Shown piece after piece: positions 28,061 through 38,662 of a stretch of 64,000 nucleotides of DNA. Position numbers and translations under genes: made by a program. Within the stretch, counting starts at the first letter, position 1. Each line of letters opens with the position of its first letter. Source of the DNA: an uncultured Bacteroides sp. Lineage in GTDB: Bacteria > Bacteroidota > Bacteroidia > Bacteroidales > Bacteroidaceae. The notes beneath the pieces are model-generated. The model did not search any database. It saw nothing but the letters and a program-made list of their open reading frames with translations, and was not told where the DNA came from. The stretch spans positions 1,549 to 65,548 of the forward strand of contig CALUOT010000003.1 in the NCBI GenBank assembly GCA_944322355.1, read 5' to 3'.

Positions 28061-29419
28061 ATGGGAAGCTATAACAAAGGATTCATTTACTTCATCTGCC
28101 TGGTGTCGGCCATGGGCGGATTGCTGTTCGGATATGACTGGGTGGTCATCGGCGGCGCAAAGATTTTCTATGAACAGTTCTTCGGCATTGTGGGCAATCC
28201 GGCTTCGCAGGGGTTGGCCATGAGTATCGCCCTGGCGGGATGCCTCATCGGGGCACTGACTGCCGGTATACTGGCCGATAAGTTGGGACGTAAACCGCTG
28301 TTGTTGCTATCGGCTTTGGTCTTTGTGGTGACGGCCTATGGCACGGGAGCCTTCAGCGACTTCACCTGGTTCCTGGTGGCGCGGTTTGGCGGAGGCATTG
28401 CCATCGGTATCGCTTCGGGCCTCTCGCCCATGTACATTGCCGAAGTGGCGCCGGCGCAGATTCGCGGCAAGCTGGTGTCGCTCAATCAGCTGACCATCGT
28501 GGTCGGTATTCTGGCGGCACAGGTGGTCAACTGGTTGTTGGCGGGCGACGATCCTGCCTGGAATGTGGAACGGGCGTGGCGCTGGATGTTCTGGTCGGCC
28601 GCTTTCCCGGCAGGAGCTTTCCTCGTGCTGGCCGCTTTCATCCCGGAGAGTCCCCGTTGGTTGGCGTTGAAGGGTAGGAGGGAACAGGCTGTTGCTACGC
28701 TGACCCGCATCGGCGGGGCTGACTATGCGCAGAGCGAATTGGCCTCCCTGCAAGCCGATGCCCGTCAGGCACGGACCGAAGGCGGACTGCGCTTGCTCTT
28801 CAGTCGTCCTTACCGCCGGGTGCTGGTGCTGGGCATCGTGGTGGCCATGTTCCAGCAATGGTGTGGCACGAACGTCATCTTCAACTATGCACAGGAAATC
28901 TTCCAGTCGGCAGGCTACGACGTGGACAACACCTTTATTAATATTGTGGTGACGGGCATTGCCAACCTCGTGTTCACCTTCGTGGCCATCTATACGGTGG
29001 ACCGCCTGGGACGCCGGGCCCTCATGATGATAGGGGCGGGCGGACTGGCAGGCATCTACCTCATCCTGGGCACGTGCTACTATTTCGAGGTACACGGGGT
29101 CTTCATGGTGGTGCTGGTGGTGGCAGCCATCGCCTGCTATGCCATGTCGCTGGGACCGGTGACCTGGGTATTGCTCTCCGAAATCTTCCCCAACAAGGTG
29201 CGCGGCGTGGCCGTGGCTACGGGGACTTTCGCCCTGTGGGTGGCCAGCTTCATCCTGACGTACACCTTCCCCTTCCTCAATCAGGCATTGGGAACCTACG
29301 GCACGTTCTGGATTTACACCGCCATCTGCGCGGCAGGTTTCATCTTCTTCCTTTTCCGCTTGCCGGAGACCAAAGGAAAGTCGCTGGAGCAGTTGGAAAA
29401 GGAGCTGACGGGGAAGTAA
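28061..29419 (+). CDS. Sugar porter family MFS transporter
   Basis: GGLLFGYD, DKLGRK, PESPRW, QQWCGTN, DRLGRR, SEIFP, PETKGKSLE; start MGSYNK at 28061. Confidence 0.95.
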   Translation: MGSYNKGFIYFICLVSAMGGLLFGYDWVVIGGAKIFYEQFFGIVGNPASQGLAMSIALAGCLIGALTAGILADKLGRKPLLLLSALVFVVTAYGTGAFSDFTWFLVARFGGGIAIGIASGLSPMYIAEVAPAQIRGKLVSLNQLTIVVGILAAQVVNWLLAGDDPAWNVERAWRWMFWSAAFPAGAFLVLAAFIPESPRWLALKGRREQAVATLTRIGGADYAQSELASLQADARQARTEGGLRLLFSRPYRRVLVLGIVVAMFQQWCGTNVIFNYAQEIFQSAGYDVDNTFINIVVTGIANLVFTFVAIYTVDRLGRRALMMIGAGGLAGIYLILGTCYYFEVHGVFMVVLVVAAIACYAMSLGPVTWVLLSEIFPNKVRGVAVATGTFALWVASFILTYTFPFLNQALGTYGTFWIYTAICAAGFIFFLFRLPETKGKSLEQLEKELTGK

Positions 29420-29424
29420 CGGGA

Positions 29425-29562
29425 TGTGGTGCACCCACCACACTATGCTGTGGTGTACCTACCCTTGTCTACAAGGGGCTACCCACCCTTGCTTACTGTG
29501 GTGCACCTACCCTTGTCTACAAGGGGCTACCCACCACAGCCTACTGTGGTGCCCCCACCCTA
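29425..29562. repeat. Tandem repeat, about 6 x 24 bp with a 48-bp higher-order unit
   Basis: Units TGTGGTGCACCCACCACACTATGC, TGTGGTGTACCTACCCTTGTCTAC, AAGGGGCTACCCACCCTTGCTTAC, TGTGGTGCACCTACCCTTGTCTAC, AAGGGGCTACCCACCACAGCCTAC and a partial sixth. Confidence 0.92.
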
Positions 29563-29602
29563 TAAAAACAACGATCAGTCTAACTAAATACATCTATATA
29601 AT

Positions 29603-32600
29603 ATGGTAAAAGCTTGGAAAGAAACCATTATCATCCCCACCTATGAGGCGGGCACGCCGGAGAAGGCGCCCATGTTCCTGGAGAAACGGGTCTATCAGGG
29701 CAGCAGCGGCGTGGTCTATCCCTATCCGGTCATCGAGTCCATATCCGACACCAAAGAGGATAAAGCATACGAGGCGGTCTATCTGGAGAACGAGTACATC
29801 AAAGTGATGATTCTGCCCGAACTGGGCGGACGGGTACAGATGGCCTACGACAAACTGAAGCAACGTCACTTCGTCTACTACAACCACGTCATTAAGCCCG
29901 CGTTGGTCGGTCTGGCCGGGCCGTGGATTTCGGGTGGCATCGAGTTCAACTGGCCGCAACACCATCGCCCCAGCACCTACATGCCGGTGGATTGGCACAT
30001 CGAGCATCATGCCGACGGCAGTGCCACGGTGTGGGTCAGCGAGATGGAGCGTATGTTCCACCAGAAAGGCATGGCGGGCTTCACCCTGCGTCCGGGTCAT
30101 GCCTACCTGGAGATACGCGGCGTGCTGTACAACCGCACCGAAGTGCCGCAGACCTTCCTGTGGTGGGCCAATCCCGCCGTGGCTGTGAACGACGACTACC
30201 AGAGCGTCTTCCCGCCCGACATCCACGCCGTGTTCGACCATGGCAAGCGGGCGGTCAGCAGTTTCCCCATTGCCACGGGCACGTACTATAAGATGGACTA
30301 CTCTGCCGGGGTGGACATCTCGAACTACAAGAACATCAAAGTGCCCACGTCCTACATGGCCGTCAACTCGAAGTACGACTTCGAAGGCGGATACGAGAAC
30401 GACACCCGGGCCGGTATGCTGCATGTGGCCAGTCACCACGTGTCGTCCGGCAAGAAGCAGTGGACGTGGGGCAACGGCGATTTCGGTCGTGCCTGGGACC
30501 GCAATCTGACCGACGAGGACGGGCCGTACATCGAGCTGATGGCCGGCGTGTACACTGAGAACCAGCCCGACTTCACCTGGCTGATGCCCTACGAGGAGAA
30601 GAGCTTCACGCAGTATTTCTTGCCCTATCGCGAACTGGGTATCGTGAAGAATGCCACGAAAGACCTGCTGCTGAACATCGACCCGGTCGGAGAAGGCCGT
30701 GTGCGCTTCAAGGTGTTCGCCACGTCCCTACAAACGGTAGACATCACGCTGCGCTCGGACGACGGACAGGTCTATTGGCAGCGGGAAGTCACCCTCAGCC
30801 CCGAAACCTTGCTGGACGAAACCGCCGACGTGCAGGGTACACCGATGAACCGGCTGAATCTCGTGATTAGCAAGGCAGGCCGTGAAGTGCTGACCTGGCA
30901 TGCCGAACCCGATGAGGTGACACCTCTGCCCGATGCTGCCGAAGCCGCCCTGCTGCCCGAGGAAATCAAGACCACCGAGCAACTCTATCTGACGGGGCTA
31001 CACCTGGAGCAATATCGTCACGCCACGTATAATCCGGTGGACTACTACGAAGAAGCCCTCCGTCGAGACCCTATGGATGTGCGCAACAACAACGCCCTCG
31101 GTTTATGGTACCTGCGTCGTGGACGTTTCGACCGGGCCGAAGGCTACCTGCGTACGGCCGTGAAGGTGCTGATGAAGCGCAATCCCAATCCCTATGATGG
31201 CGAACCCCTCTATAACCTCGGTCTCGCGCTGAAGTATCAAGGCCGCCTGGACGAAGCCTATAAGTGGTTCTATAAGTCCACGTGGAATGCCGCCTGGCAA
31301 GATGCCGGCTACTTCTCCTGTGCCCAAATCTCTACTCGTCAAGGTCGCCTGGATGATGCCTTGTATGAAGTGGAGCAAGCCCTTATCCGCAACTGGCACA
31401 ACCACAAGGCCCGTGCCCTGAAAGCAACGCTCCTTCGTCGCCAAGGCCGGACGGAAGAAGCCCTGCGTTGGATAGACGAGTCGTTGGCCATCGATGCCTT
31501 CAACTTCGGTTGTCTCTGCGAGAGGTATTGGATAGACCACGACCCGGCGGTGCTGGTGGAACGTATGCGCGACAATGCCCACAACTACGATGAGATAGCC
31601 ATCGACTACTGTGCAGCCGGTTGCTGGGACGAAGCCGCTGCCCTATGGAAGCTGGCAGAAGAGCGTAATGCTGTTACGCCCATGACCTACTATTACTTAG
31701 GCTGGTGCCTGACGCAGGCCGGGAAAGAGGAAGACGCTGCCTTGGCCTTCCGCCGTGCTGCCGCCGCTTGTCCCGACTACTGTTTCCCCAACCGGCTGGA
31801 AGCTGTCCTGGCTCTCCGTTGTGCCATGCAGCACCATCCCGAAGACGCCCGTGCCCCTTACTACCTGGGCAATCTGTACTACGACAAGCGTCAGTACGAC
31901 CTGGCTCGCGAGGCATGGCACACGTCCGCCGACAAAGACGCTACGTATCCTCTTGTCTGGCGCAACCTGGCGCTGGTCTATCTCAATAAGCTACAGGACG
32001 AACCGCATGCCGTGGAGTATATGGAGAAAGCCTTCCACCTCAATCCCACCGATGCCCGTGTGCTGATGGAGTTGGACCAACTTTACAAACGCCTTCGTCG
32101 TCCCCATGCCGAACGGTTGGCCTTCCTGCGTCAGTATCCGGAGTTAATCCGGCAGCGCGACGACTTGTTGCTGGAGGAAGCTACGTTGCTCAACCAGACC
32201 GGTGCCTATCGCGAAGCTATGCAACGGATTGACGGCCATCACTTCCATCCTTGGGAGGGAGGCGAAGGCAAGGTGTCCGGACAGTATCAGTTCTCCCGTG
32301 TCGAGTTGGCCAAAGAAGCCCTGAATGAGGAACGTCCTGCCGAAGCTTATGCCCTGTTGGAGCAATGCCTCACCTATCCGCATCACTTGGGCGAAGGCAA
32401 GCTGTATGGGGCACAGGAAAGCGACTTCTACTACCTGATGGGTTGTGCCTGCGAGGCGATGGGACAACAGGAAAAGGCTATCGAATGCTGGGAGAAAGCC
32501 ACTGTAGGCCCCACGGAACCGGCCGCTGCCCTTTACTACAACGATGCCAAGCCCGACAAGATCTTCTACCAGGGTCTGGCGCTGCGTAAACTGGGACGGG

Positions 32601-32896
32601 AGGCCGAAGCCCGCGGACGCTTCCACAAACTCATTTCCTATGGCGAGAAGCACCTGTTCGACCAAGTACGCATGGACTACTTTGCCGTTTCCTTGCCCGA
32701 TCTGCTCATCTGGGACGATAGCCTGGATACCCGCAACGTGGTGCATTGCAAGTACATGATGGCGTTGGGTCATTTCGGCTTGGGCGATGAGGCCAAAGGT
32801 CACCAATTGCTGGATGAAGCTTGGAAGTTGGATAGCAACCATCTGGGCATTTACAGCACGTATACATTAACCCACACCCAAATTCCACAACCATGA
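29603..32896 (+). CDS. yphG: DUF5107/TPR protein, homolog of E. coli YphG
   Basis: RVYQGSSGVVYPY, LENEYIKVMILPELGGR, IKPALVGLAGPWISGGIEFNWPQHHRP recalled as closely matching E. coli YphG; long TPR C-terminal half; no signal peptide. Confidence 0.88.
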   Translation: MVKAWKETIIIPTYEAGTPEKAPMFLEKRVYQGSSGVVYPYPVIESISDTKEDKAYEAVYLENEYIKVMILPELGGRVQMAYDKLKQRHFVYYNHVIKPALVGLAGPWISGGIEFNWPQHHRPSTYMPVDWHIEHHADGSATVWVSEMERMFHQKGMAGFTLRPGHAYLEIRGVLYNRTEVPQTFLWWANPAVAVNDDYQSVFPPDIHAVFDHGKRAVSSFPIATGTYYKMDYSAGVDISNYKNIKVPTSYMAVNSKYDFEGGYENDTRAGMLHVASHHVSSGKKQWTWGNGDFGRAWDRNLTDEDGPYIELMAGVYTENQPDFTWLMPYEEKSFTQYFLPYRELGIVKNATKDLLLNIDPVGEGRVRFKVFATSLQTVDITLRSDDGQVYWQREVTLSPETLLDETADVQGTPMNRLNLVISKAGREVLTWHAEPDEVTPLPDAAEAALLPEEIKTTEQLYLTGLHLEQYRHATYNPVDYYEEALRRDPMDVRNNNALGLWYLRRGRFDRAEGYLRTAVKVLMKRNPNPYDGEPLYNLGLALKYQGRLDEAYKWFYKSTWNAAWQDAGYFSCAQISTRQGRLDDALYEVEQALIRNWHNHKARALKATLLRRQGRTEEALRWIDESLAIDAFNFGCLCERYWIDHDPAVLVERMRDNAHNYDEIAIDYCAAGCWDEAAALWKLAEERNAVTPMTYYYLGWCLTQAGKEEDAALAFRRAAAACPDYCFPNRLEAVLALRCAMQHHPEDARAPYYLGNLYYDKRQYDLAREAWHTSADKDATYPLVWRNLALVYLNKLQDEPHAVEYMEKAFHLNPTDARVLMELDQLYKRLRRPHAERLAFLRQYPELIRQRDDLLLEEATLLNQTGAYREAMQRIDGHHFHPWEGGEGKVSGQYQFSRVELAKEALNEERPAEAYALLEQCLTYPHHLGEGKLYGAQESDFYYLMGCACEAMGQQEKAIECWEKATVGPTEPAAALYYNDAKPDKIFYQGLALRKLGREAEARGRFHKLISYGEKHLFDQVRMDYFAVSLPDLLIWDDSLDTRNVVHCKYMMALGHFGLGDEAKGHQLLDEAWKLDSNHLGIYSTYTLTHTQIPQP

Positions 32897-35643
32897 GAAA
32901 ACAACGAATCTTATGCAGCCTTCTGGCTGCGCTGAGCCTGATGTGTCAGGCACAAGTGATAGATCTGGCAGGTCGATGGCGTTTTGCCATCGACCGCGAA
33001 GACAAGGGAGTGGCCGAACAATGGTATCTCCGTGAATTGGGAGACGAAGTACAGTTGCCCGGCTCCATGTTGACCAATGGCAAGGGCGATCCCGTGGATC
33101 TGCAAACACCTTGGGTGGGAAGCATGAACGACAGTACGTTCTTCAAGGCAGACCATTATGCCCCTTATCGTAAGGCGGATAACTTTAAAGTGCCTTTCTG
33201 GCTACAGCCCGACCTGTACTATGCCGGTGTGGCTTGGTATCAGCGTGACGTTGACATCCCGAGAGAGTGGCAAGGCCAATCCGTGCACTTGACTATGGAA
33301 CGCTGTCACTGGGTAAGCCGGGTATGGGTAGATGGGCAAGAAGTGGGTACACAAAATGCCTTGAGTGCTCCTCATATCTACGACTTGACTTCCTATCTGA
33401 CTCCCGGTAAGCACACCCTCAGTATCCGGGTGGACAATGCGATTCGGAATATCGATCCCGGTGAGAATTCTCATTCTATATCAGACCATACACAAGGCAA
33501 TTGGAACGGGATAGTGGGCGATATGGTCTTGAAAGCTCAGGGTAGCACCTATTATCGGCAAGTGGATGTCTATCCTCAAGTTGATAAAGGTGTGGTGTTG
33601 GTAAAGACCCGCATCTGTAATATAAAGGATAAACGCCAGCGGGTACAAGCGGCTTTCCGTATAGGTGAAGGCTCTCCCGTACAGAAAAAGGTGCAGGTAG
33701 AGCCGGGTGATAACTACGTGGAAGTTACGCTTCCCCTACCTGCCGATGTGCAGTTGTGGGATGAGTTCCATCCTCATCTTTATCAGTTGGAATGCACTCT
33801 CGTGCAAGGCAAAAAGACGATGGACGAGCATCAAGTCACTTTCGGATGCCGCACCTGGAGCGTGGAAGAAGGGGAACTCCTGCTGAACGGACATCCGGTC
33901 TACATGCGTGGGACGCTTCATTGTGCTTCCTTCCCACTGACAGGCTATCCGGCCACGGATAAGGAAGAATGGATGCGTGAATTTCGCATCTGCAAGCAAT
34001 ATGGCATCAATCATATCCGTTTCCACTCCTGGTGTCCGCCCGAAGCTGCTTTTGAAGCTGCCGACGAGTTGGGGCTTTACTTGATGATTGAATGCTCTTC
34101 CTGGGCCAACCAGTCTACTACGATTGGCGACGGTGGTCCGTTGGATGAGTTTATCCATCAAGAGGCCGAACATATCGTGAATGCCTTCGGCAATCATCCA
34201 TCGTTCTGCATGATGGCCTATGGCAATGAACCTGCCGGAAAGCATCACAAGGAATATTTGAGTGATTTTGTCAGCTATTGGAAAGAGCACGACTCCCGTC
34301 GTTTGTATACCAGTGCCGCCGGATGGCCCAATCTGCCTGTCAATGATTTCCTCAGCGACTCTAATCCGCGTATCCAGCAGTGGGGAGCCGGATTGAAAAG
34401 CATCATCAATGCGAAGGAACCTTCTACTACCTACGATTGGCGTGACTATACCGGACAGTTCACCCAACCTTTCATCAGTCACGAGATAGGCCAATGGTGT
34501 GTATATCCAGCCTTTAAGGAGATGAAGAAGTATACAGGTGTCTACAAGCCACGTAATTTCGAAATCTTCCAAGCCACGCTCGAAGCCAATGGTATGGGAC
34601 AACTAGCCGATGACTTCCTGTATGCTTCCGGACGGCTGCAAACCCTTTGCTACAAGGCTGATATTGAAGCAGCCTTGCGCACCCCTCGCTTTGGAGGTTT
34701 CCAACTGCTGGGCTTGAACGATTTCCCCGGACAAGGCACGGCGCTAGTCGGTACGCTCGATGCTTTCTGGGAAGAAAAAGGTTATGTCACTCCGGAAGAG
34801 TACAGCCGTTTTTGTAGTCCTTTGGTGCCGTTGGCACGTATTCCTCGCTTGGTGATGGATAATGACGAACCTTTCGATGCTACCGTGGAAGTAGCCAACT
34901 ACTATCAGCCTATCCGGCATCCTAAAGCCGGTTGGGCTATCCGCGATGCACAAGGGAAGACGTTGGCACAAGGCACTTTTGATATACCTCAACTGGAACT
35001 GGGCAATGGCTTACCGTTGGGTTCTGTCCATTTCGATACAAGCCTCATTCGGGAAGCTTCCCAACTGAAACTGGTGGTCAACGTGGAAGGCTATTCCAAT
35101 GATTGGGACTTCTGGGTATATCCGGCGCAGAAACAGCAATTGACCGGAGATGTCTTGCTGACCGATACGTTGGATCAACGCGCCATGGATTGTTTGCAGG
35201 CCGGCGGACGGGTTTTGCTTTCCATCCGCAAGGGGCACTTGAGCCCCGACCTGGGAGGCGATGTGGCGGTAGGTTTCAGCAGCATCTTCTGGAATACTTC
35301 ATGGACCAACGGGCAAGCACCCCATACGTTAGGCATCTTGTGCGACCCTGAGCATCCGGCGTTGAGCGATTTCCCTACCGAGTCTTACAGTAATTATCAG
35401 TGGTGGGATGCCATGCACTATGGCAGTGCCATTCATTTGGGGAAGTTGGACAGACCGGTTCAGCCCTTGGTCAGAGTCATAGACGATTGGTTCACCAACC
35501 GCCCGCTGGCTTTGCTTTTTGAGGTGCAGGTGGGCCAAGGCAAGTTGTTGGTGTCGGGTATCGATTTCCATCAAGACATGGAGCATCGTCCGGCAGCCCG
35601 TCAGTTGCTTTACAGTTTGCAGCGTTATCTGCTGGATGATTAA
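32893..35643 (+). CDS. Glycoside hydrolase family 2
   Basis: Signal peptide; sugar-binding N-domain (YAGVAWYQR, WNGIVG), GINHIRFHSW, GNHPSF..GNE (acid/base), SHEIGQW (nucleophile). Confidence 0.9.
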   Translation: MRKQRILCSLLAALSLMCQAQVIDLAGRWRFAIDREDKGVAEQWYLRELGDEVQLPGSMLTNGKGDPVDLQTPWVGSMNDSTFFKADHYAPYRKADNFKVPFWLQPDLYYAGVAWYQRDVDIPREWQGQSVHLTMERCHWVSRVWVDGQEVGTQNALSAPHIYDLTSYLTPGKHTLSIRVDNAIRNIDPGENSHSISDHTQGNWNGIVGDMVLKAQGSTYYRQVDVYPQVDKGVVLVKTRICNIKDKRQRVQAAFRIGEGSPVQKKVQVEPGDNYVEVTLPLPADVQLWDEFHPHLYQLECTLVQGKKTMDEHQVTFGCRTWSVEEGELLLNGHPVYMRGTLHCASFPLTGYPATDKEEWMREFRICKQYGINHIRFHSWCPPEAAFEAADELGLYLMIECSSWANQSTTIGDGGPLDEFIHQEAEHIVNAFGNHPSFCMMAYGNEPAGKHHKEYLSDFVSYWKEHDSRRLYTSAAGWPNLPVNDFLSDSNPRIQQWGAGLKSIINAKEPSTTYDWRDYTGQFTQPFISHEIGQWCVYPAFKEMKKYTGVYKPRNFEIFQATLEANGMGQLADDFLYASGRLQTLCYKADIEAALRTPRFGGFQLLGLNDFPGQGTALVGTLDAFWEEKGYVTPEEYSRFCSPLVPLARIPRLVMDNDEPFDATVEVANYYQPIRHPKAGWAIRDAQGKTLAQGTFDIPQLELGNGLPLGSVHFDTSLIREASQLKLVVNVEGYSNDWDFWVYPAQKQQLTGDVLLTDTLDQRAMDCLQAGGRVLLSIRKGHLSPDLGGDVAVGFSSIFWNTSWTNGQAPHTLGILCDPEHPALSDFPTESYSNYQWWDAMHYGSAIHLGKLDRPVQPLVRVIDDWFTNRPLALLFEVQVGQGKLLVSGIDFHQDMEHRPAARQLLYSLQRYLLDD

Positions 35644-35746
35644 CGCGTGGGGTATTATCAAGGGTCACGCGTGACCTCCGGATGGCTGTTTGGAGATATA
35701 TTTTGTTGAACTATTATTTACCTTTATTTTAAACTTGTTTAGTATC

Positions 35747-37768
35747 ATGAAATCGATTTATTTAATCGGGCTTTTAGCCTGGTTGGGTGCCTTACCGATG
35801 TGGGGACAAACCTTTGGGCAACGTGTTGAATGGGATGCACAAAGTTTGTTTTTTGACGGGAAGCGCGTAGTGCCCGTTATGGGCGAGATTCACTATTCGC
35901 GTCTGCCGGCAGAAGAATGGCGTACGGAATTGCAGAAGATGAAGGCGGGCGGTGTGACTCTCGTGGCCAACTATGTGTTTTGGAATCATGTGGAAGAGAC
36001 GGAAGGTATCTTCAATTGGAGCGGCCAGCGTTCATTGCGGCATTTCCTGGAGTTATGCAAGGAAGAGGGATTGCCGGTGGTGCTGCGCATCGGTCCTTTC
36101 TGCCATGGGGAAGTTCGTAATGGTGGAATCCCCGACTGGGTGATTCAGAAGGAAGGCATCAAGCTGAGAAGTGAGGACCCGCAATTCCTCCGCTATGTGA
36201 GCCAACTCTATCGGCAAATCTTCACACAGGCTCAAGGTCTGCTTTGGAAAGATGGAGGTCCCGTTTTGGCTTGCCAGTTCGATAACGAATACAGAGGTGA
36301 AGGCTCTTATTTGATGACTTTGAAGCGCATCGCCCAAGAGATCGGTTTTGATTTACCTTTCTATACCCGTACCGGATGGCCGGAATTGAAATCTCCTGTT
36401 CCGTATGGGGAAATGATTCCGCTCTATGGCGACTATGCGGATGGTTTCTGGGAGCGCAGTATCGAGGAAACGGCTGGAAGTTACTGGAAGGCTTTCAACT
36501 TCAAAGCATTCCGTTCGTCGACGGCCATTGCCAGTGAACAACTGAAAGAGGGAAACGGTAAAATCACGGCAGGCGATGAACTGTATCCTTACTTTACGTG
36601 CGAATTGGGCGGCGGTATGATGACCAGTTACCATCGTCGGGTCTATCTTTATCCGGAAGATGCTTATTCGTTGGCCATCGTGAAGTTAGGTTCCGGTTCC
36701 AACCTGTTGGGATATTACATGTATCATGGCGGTACCAATCCGGAGGGTATTACTTACCTGAACGAAACCCAACGAACTCTTTCTACGAATTATAACGATT
36801 TGCCGGTCAAGACGTACGATTTCCAGGCTCCTTTGGGAGAGTTCGGGCAAAAGAACTCGCATTACTATACGTTGCGTAAGATTCATTTGTTCTTGCAAGA
36901 CTATGGCGAAGTGTTGGCGCCGATGGAAGCCGAGTTTCCTCAAGCCGACCAACCTCAGGCGAAAGGGGTGGATAGCTATTTGCGGTGGAGCTACCGGCAG
37001 AAAGATAATAGTGCCTTTGTCTTTGTCAATAACTACGAACGCTTGCAACATCTTTCCGCCAAAAAAGGAGTCCGTTTTGAGGTGTGTGGTGTTAAGTTCC
37101 CGAGGAAGTCGTTGACTATTCCTGCCGGTACGGCTTGTATCTTCCCCGTCAACATCGATGGTATTCGCTATGCGACGGCCCAATTGATAGCCAAACGTGA
37201 TGGTAAAATCTATTTAGAGCAAATAGAAGGCATTCCGACAGAGATAGCTGTAGGAGATAAGGTGCTGAAAAATGTCAAAGCGTTGGGCAAAGATACTCCG
37301 GTTTATGAAAACATTTATTTACTTTCTCCTGATGAGGCTGGACGTCTATTCTTGCCGGAAGAAACGAAAGAGGAGAAAATGCAGGTGGTCAGCTTCCGGA
37401 AAGTGAAAGAAGCCGGTAGCCCTCGTACGATAACAATGGGGGTAGCCGGTGTGGCCGAGGAGCCGGTAGATGCCGATTTCGACCAAGCTGCTGTCTATAC
37501 GATTGACATTCCGCAACAGAAAGGCTTGTTGCACATCCGCTATCAAGGCGACTGTGCCCGTCTGTATGTCGATGGGAAGTTAGTGGCTGACAACTTCTAT
37601 AACGGCCGTGAATTCCTTTACGGATTATGGCGCTTGCCTGAAGGGGCGCAGAAACTGGAACTGCGCATTCTGCCTATGCAGGAAGACATGCCTGTCTATT
37701 TCCCCCGTGAGGCCGATACGACACCGGGCGAGAAAGTCCTGTCGTGTGAAGTTTCCGAAAGATGGTAA
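35747..37768 (+). CDS. Glycoside hydrolase family 35 (beta-galactosidase-like)
   Basis: GEIHYSR, YVFWNHVE, RIGPFCHGEVRNGGIPDW, QFDNEY, TCELGGG, YYMYHGGTN, YDFQAPLGE; start MKSIY at 35747. Confidence 0.92.
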   Translation: MKSIYLIGLLAWLGALPMWGQTFGQRVEWDAQSLFFDGKRVVPVMGEIHYSRLPAEEWRTELQKMKAGGVTLVANYVFWNHVEETEGIFNWSGQRSLRHFLELCKEEGLPVVLRIGPFCHGEVRNGGIPDWVIQKEGIKLRSEDPQFLRYVSQLYRQIFTQAQGLLWKDGGPVLACQFDNEYRGEGSYLMTLKRIAQEIGFDLPFYTRTGWPELKSPVPYGEMIPLYGDYADGFWERSIEETAGSYWKAFNFKAFRSSTAIASEQLKEGNGKITAGDELYPYFTCELGGGMMTSYHRRVYLYPEDAYSLAIVKLGSGSNLLGYYMYHGGTNPEGITYLNETQRTLSTNYNDLPVKTYDFQAPLGEFGQKNSHYYTLRKIHLFLQDYGEVLAPMEAEFPQADQPQAKGVDSYLRWSYRQKDNSAFVFVNNYERLQHLSAKKGVRFEVCGVKFPRKSLTIPAGTACIFPVNIDGIRYATAQLIAKRDGKIYLEQIEGIPTEIAVGDKVLKNVKALGKDTPVYENIYLLSPDEAGRLFLPEETKEEKMQVVSFRKVKEAGSPRTITMGVAGVAEEPVDADFDQAAVYTIDIPQQKGLLHIRYQGDCARLYVDGKLVADNFYNGREFLYGLWRLPEGAQKLELRILPMQEDMPVYFPREADTTPGEKVLSCEVSERW

Positions 37769-37787
37769 CCTCTGGTTTATGTCCAGA

Positions 37788-37897
37788 AAACATATTTTCT
37801 TTCGGTAGGGAACATACTATCTTTGGGTGGAAAAGATACGATCTTAGGAGTAATAACATACGATGTTATCCGGCATAACATTTAATGTTCCGTAGCT
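37788..37897. repeat. Degenerate tandem repeat, 5 x 22 bp with palindromic AACATACGATGTT-like core
   Basis: AAACATATTTTCTT.., GAACATACTATCTT.., AAAGATACGATCTT.., TAACATACGATGTT.., TAACATTTAATGTT.. at 22-nt spacing. Confidence 0.75.
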
Positions 37898-37927
37898 TCC
37901 CCTTTAAAGAAAAGTATGTTCCACCTT

Positions 37928-38112
37928 CTTAAATCTTAATTCTTAACTCTCAAATCTTAACTCTTCATTAAATCGCCTTCACGCTTTCACCGTGCTTTCA
38001 ACCTATTGAAACACAGTAGAATACGGTGAAACATACATCTTTCACCTATCTTTCACCCGCAATTGTATGCCTTCACCACAAATTGTTGATTTATAGTATG
38101 TTCCGGTGAAAC
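37928..38112. repeat. Low-complexity heptamer run (TCTTAAY) plus TTCACC/GGTGAA-rich intergenic element
   Basis: TCTTAA repeated 37928-37962; several TTCAC(C) copies and TTCACCGT...ACGGTGAA inverted pair. Confidence 0.55.
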
Positions 38113-38150
38113 TTCAAAAAGAGATTGATAGGAATTATCTGTTAATCCAG

Positions 38151-38642
38151 TTATCCCGCCAGTTCAATGACTTCCAGGTCTTTGAACACACCGTTGTCTA
38201 TGGCGAAACGTACCAGCGTGCGTACTTTATGGAAGCCATACTTGCCGGCGGCACCGGGATTGATATGAAGCAGTCCTAATGTCTTGTCATACTTCACTTT
38301 CAAGATATGGGAATGGCCACTGATGAAAAGTTTAGGCGGATGTACCAGTAACGTGCCTGCAATGGAAGGATCATACTTGCCCGGATAGCCACCGATGTGT
38401 TTTATCAGTACATCGGCATCTTCCACTGTGAAACGGAGGGTTTGCGGATAAAGTTGCCGGATATCCTGCCCGTCGATGTTGCCGTATACGGCCCGAAAAG
38501 TCCGGAAGGCAGTCAGCCGCCGGGCCACTTCTAAAGAACCAATGTCGCCGGCGTGCCAAATCTCGTCACAGGTCTCGAAGTATTGCAGGTATTTTTCATC
38601 CCAATAACCGTGGGTATCGGATAATAATCCAATTTTTATCAT
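38151..38642 (-). CDS. YfcE-like metallophosphoesterase
   Basis: SDTH, HAGD, GNID, GHSH, NPG calcineurin-like motifs. Confidence 0.9.
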   Translation of the reverse strand: MIKIGLLSDTHGYWDEKYLQYFETCDEIWHAGDIGSLEVARRLTAFRTFRAVYGNIDGQDIRQLYPQTLRFTVEDADVLIKHIGGYPGKYDPSIAGTLLVHPPKLFISGHSHILKVKYDKTLGLLHINPGAAGKYGFHKVRTLVRFAIDNGVFKDLEVIELAG

Positions 38643-38662
38643 GCTTTGTTTGTTTAATTACG

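Noticed and set aside
29074-29609. Repetitive peptides (CGAPTLVYKGLPT..., WCTYPCLQGATH...)
   Set aside because: By-product of a 24-bp repeat whose period is divisible by three.
35663-35676. Perfect 14-bp palindrome GGTCACGCGTGACC between GH2 and GH35
   Set aside because: Single short occurrence with no associated promoter or T-tract; insufficient support for a function.
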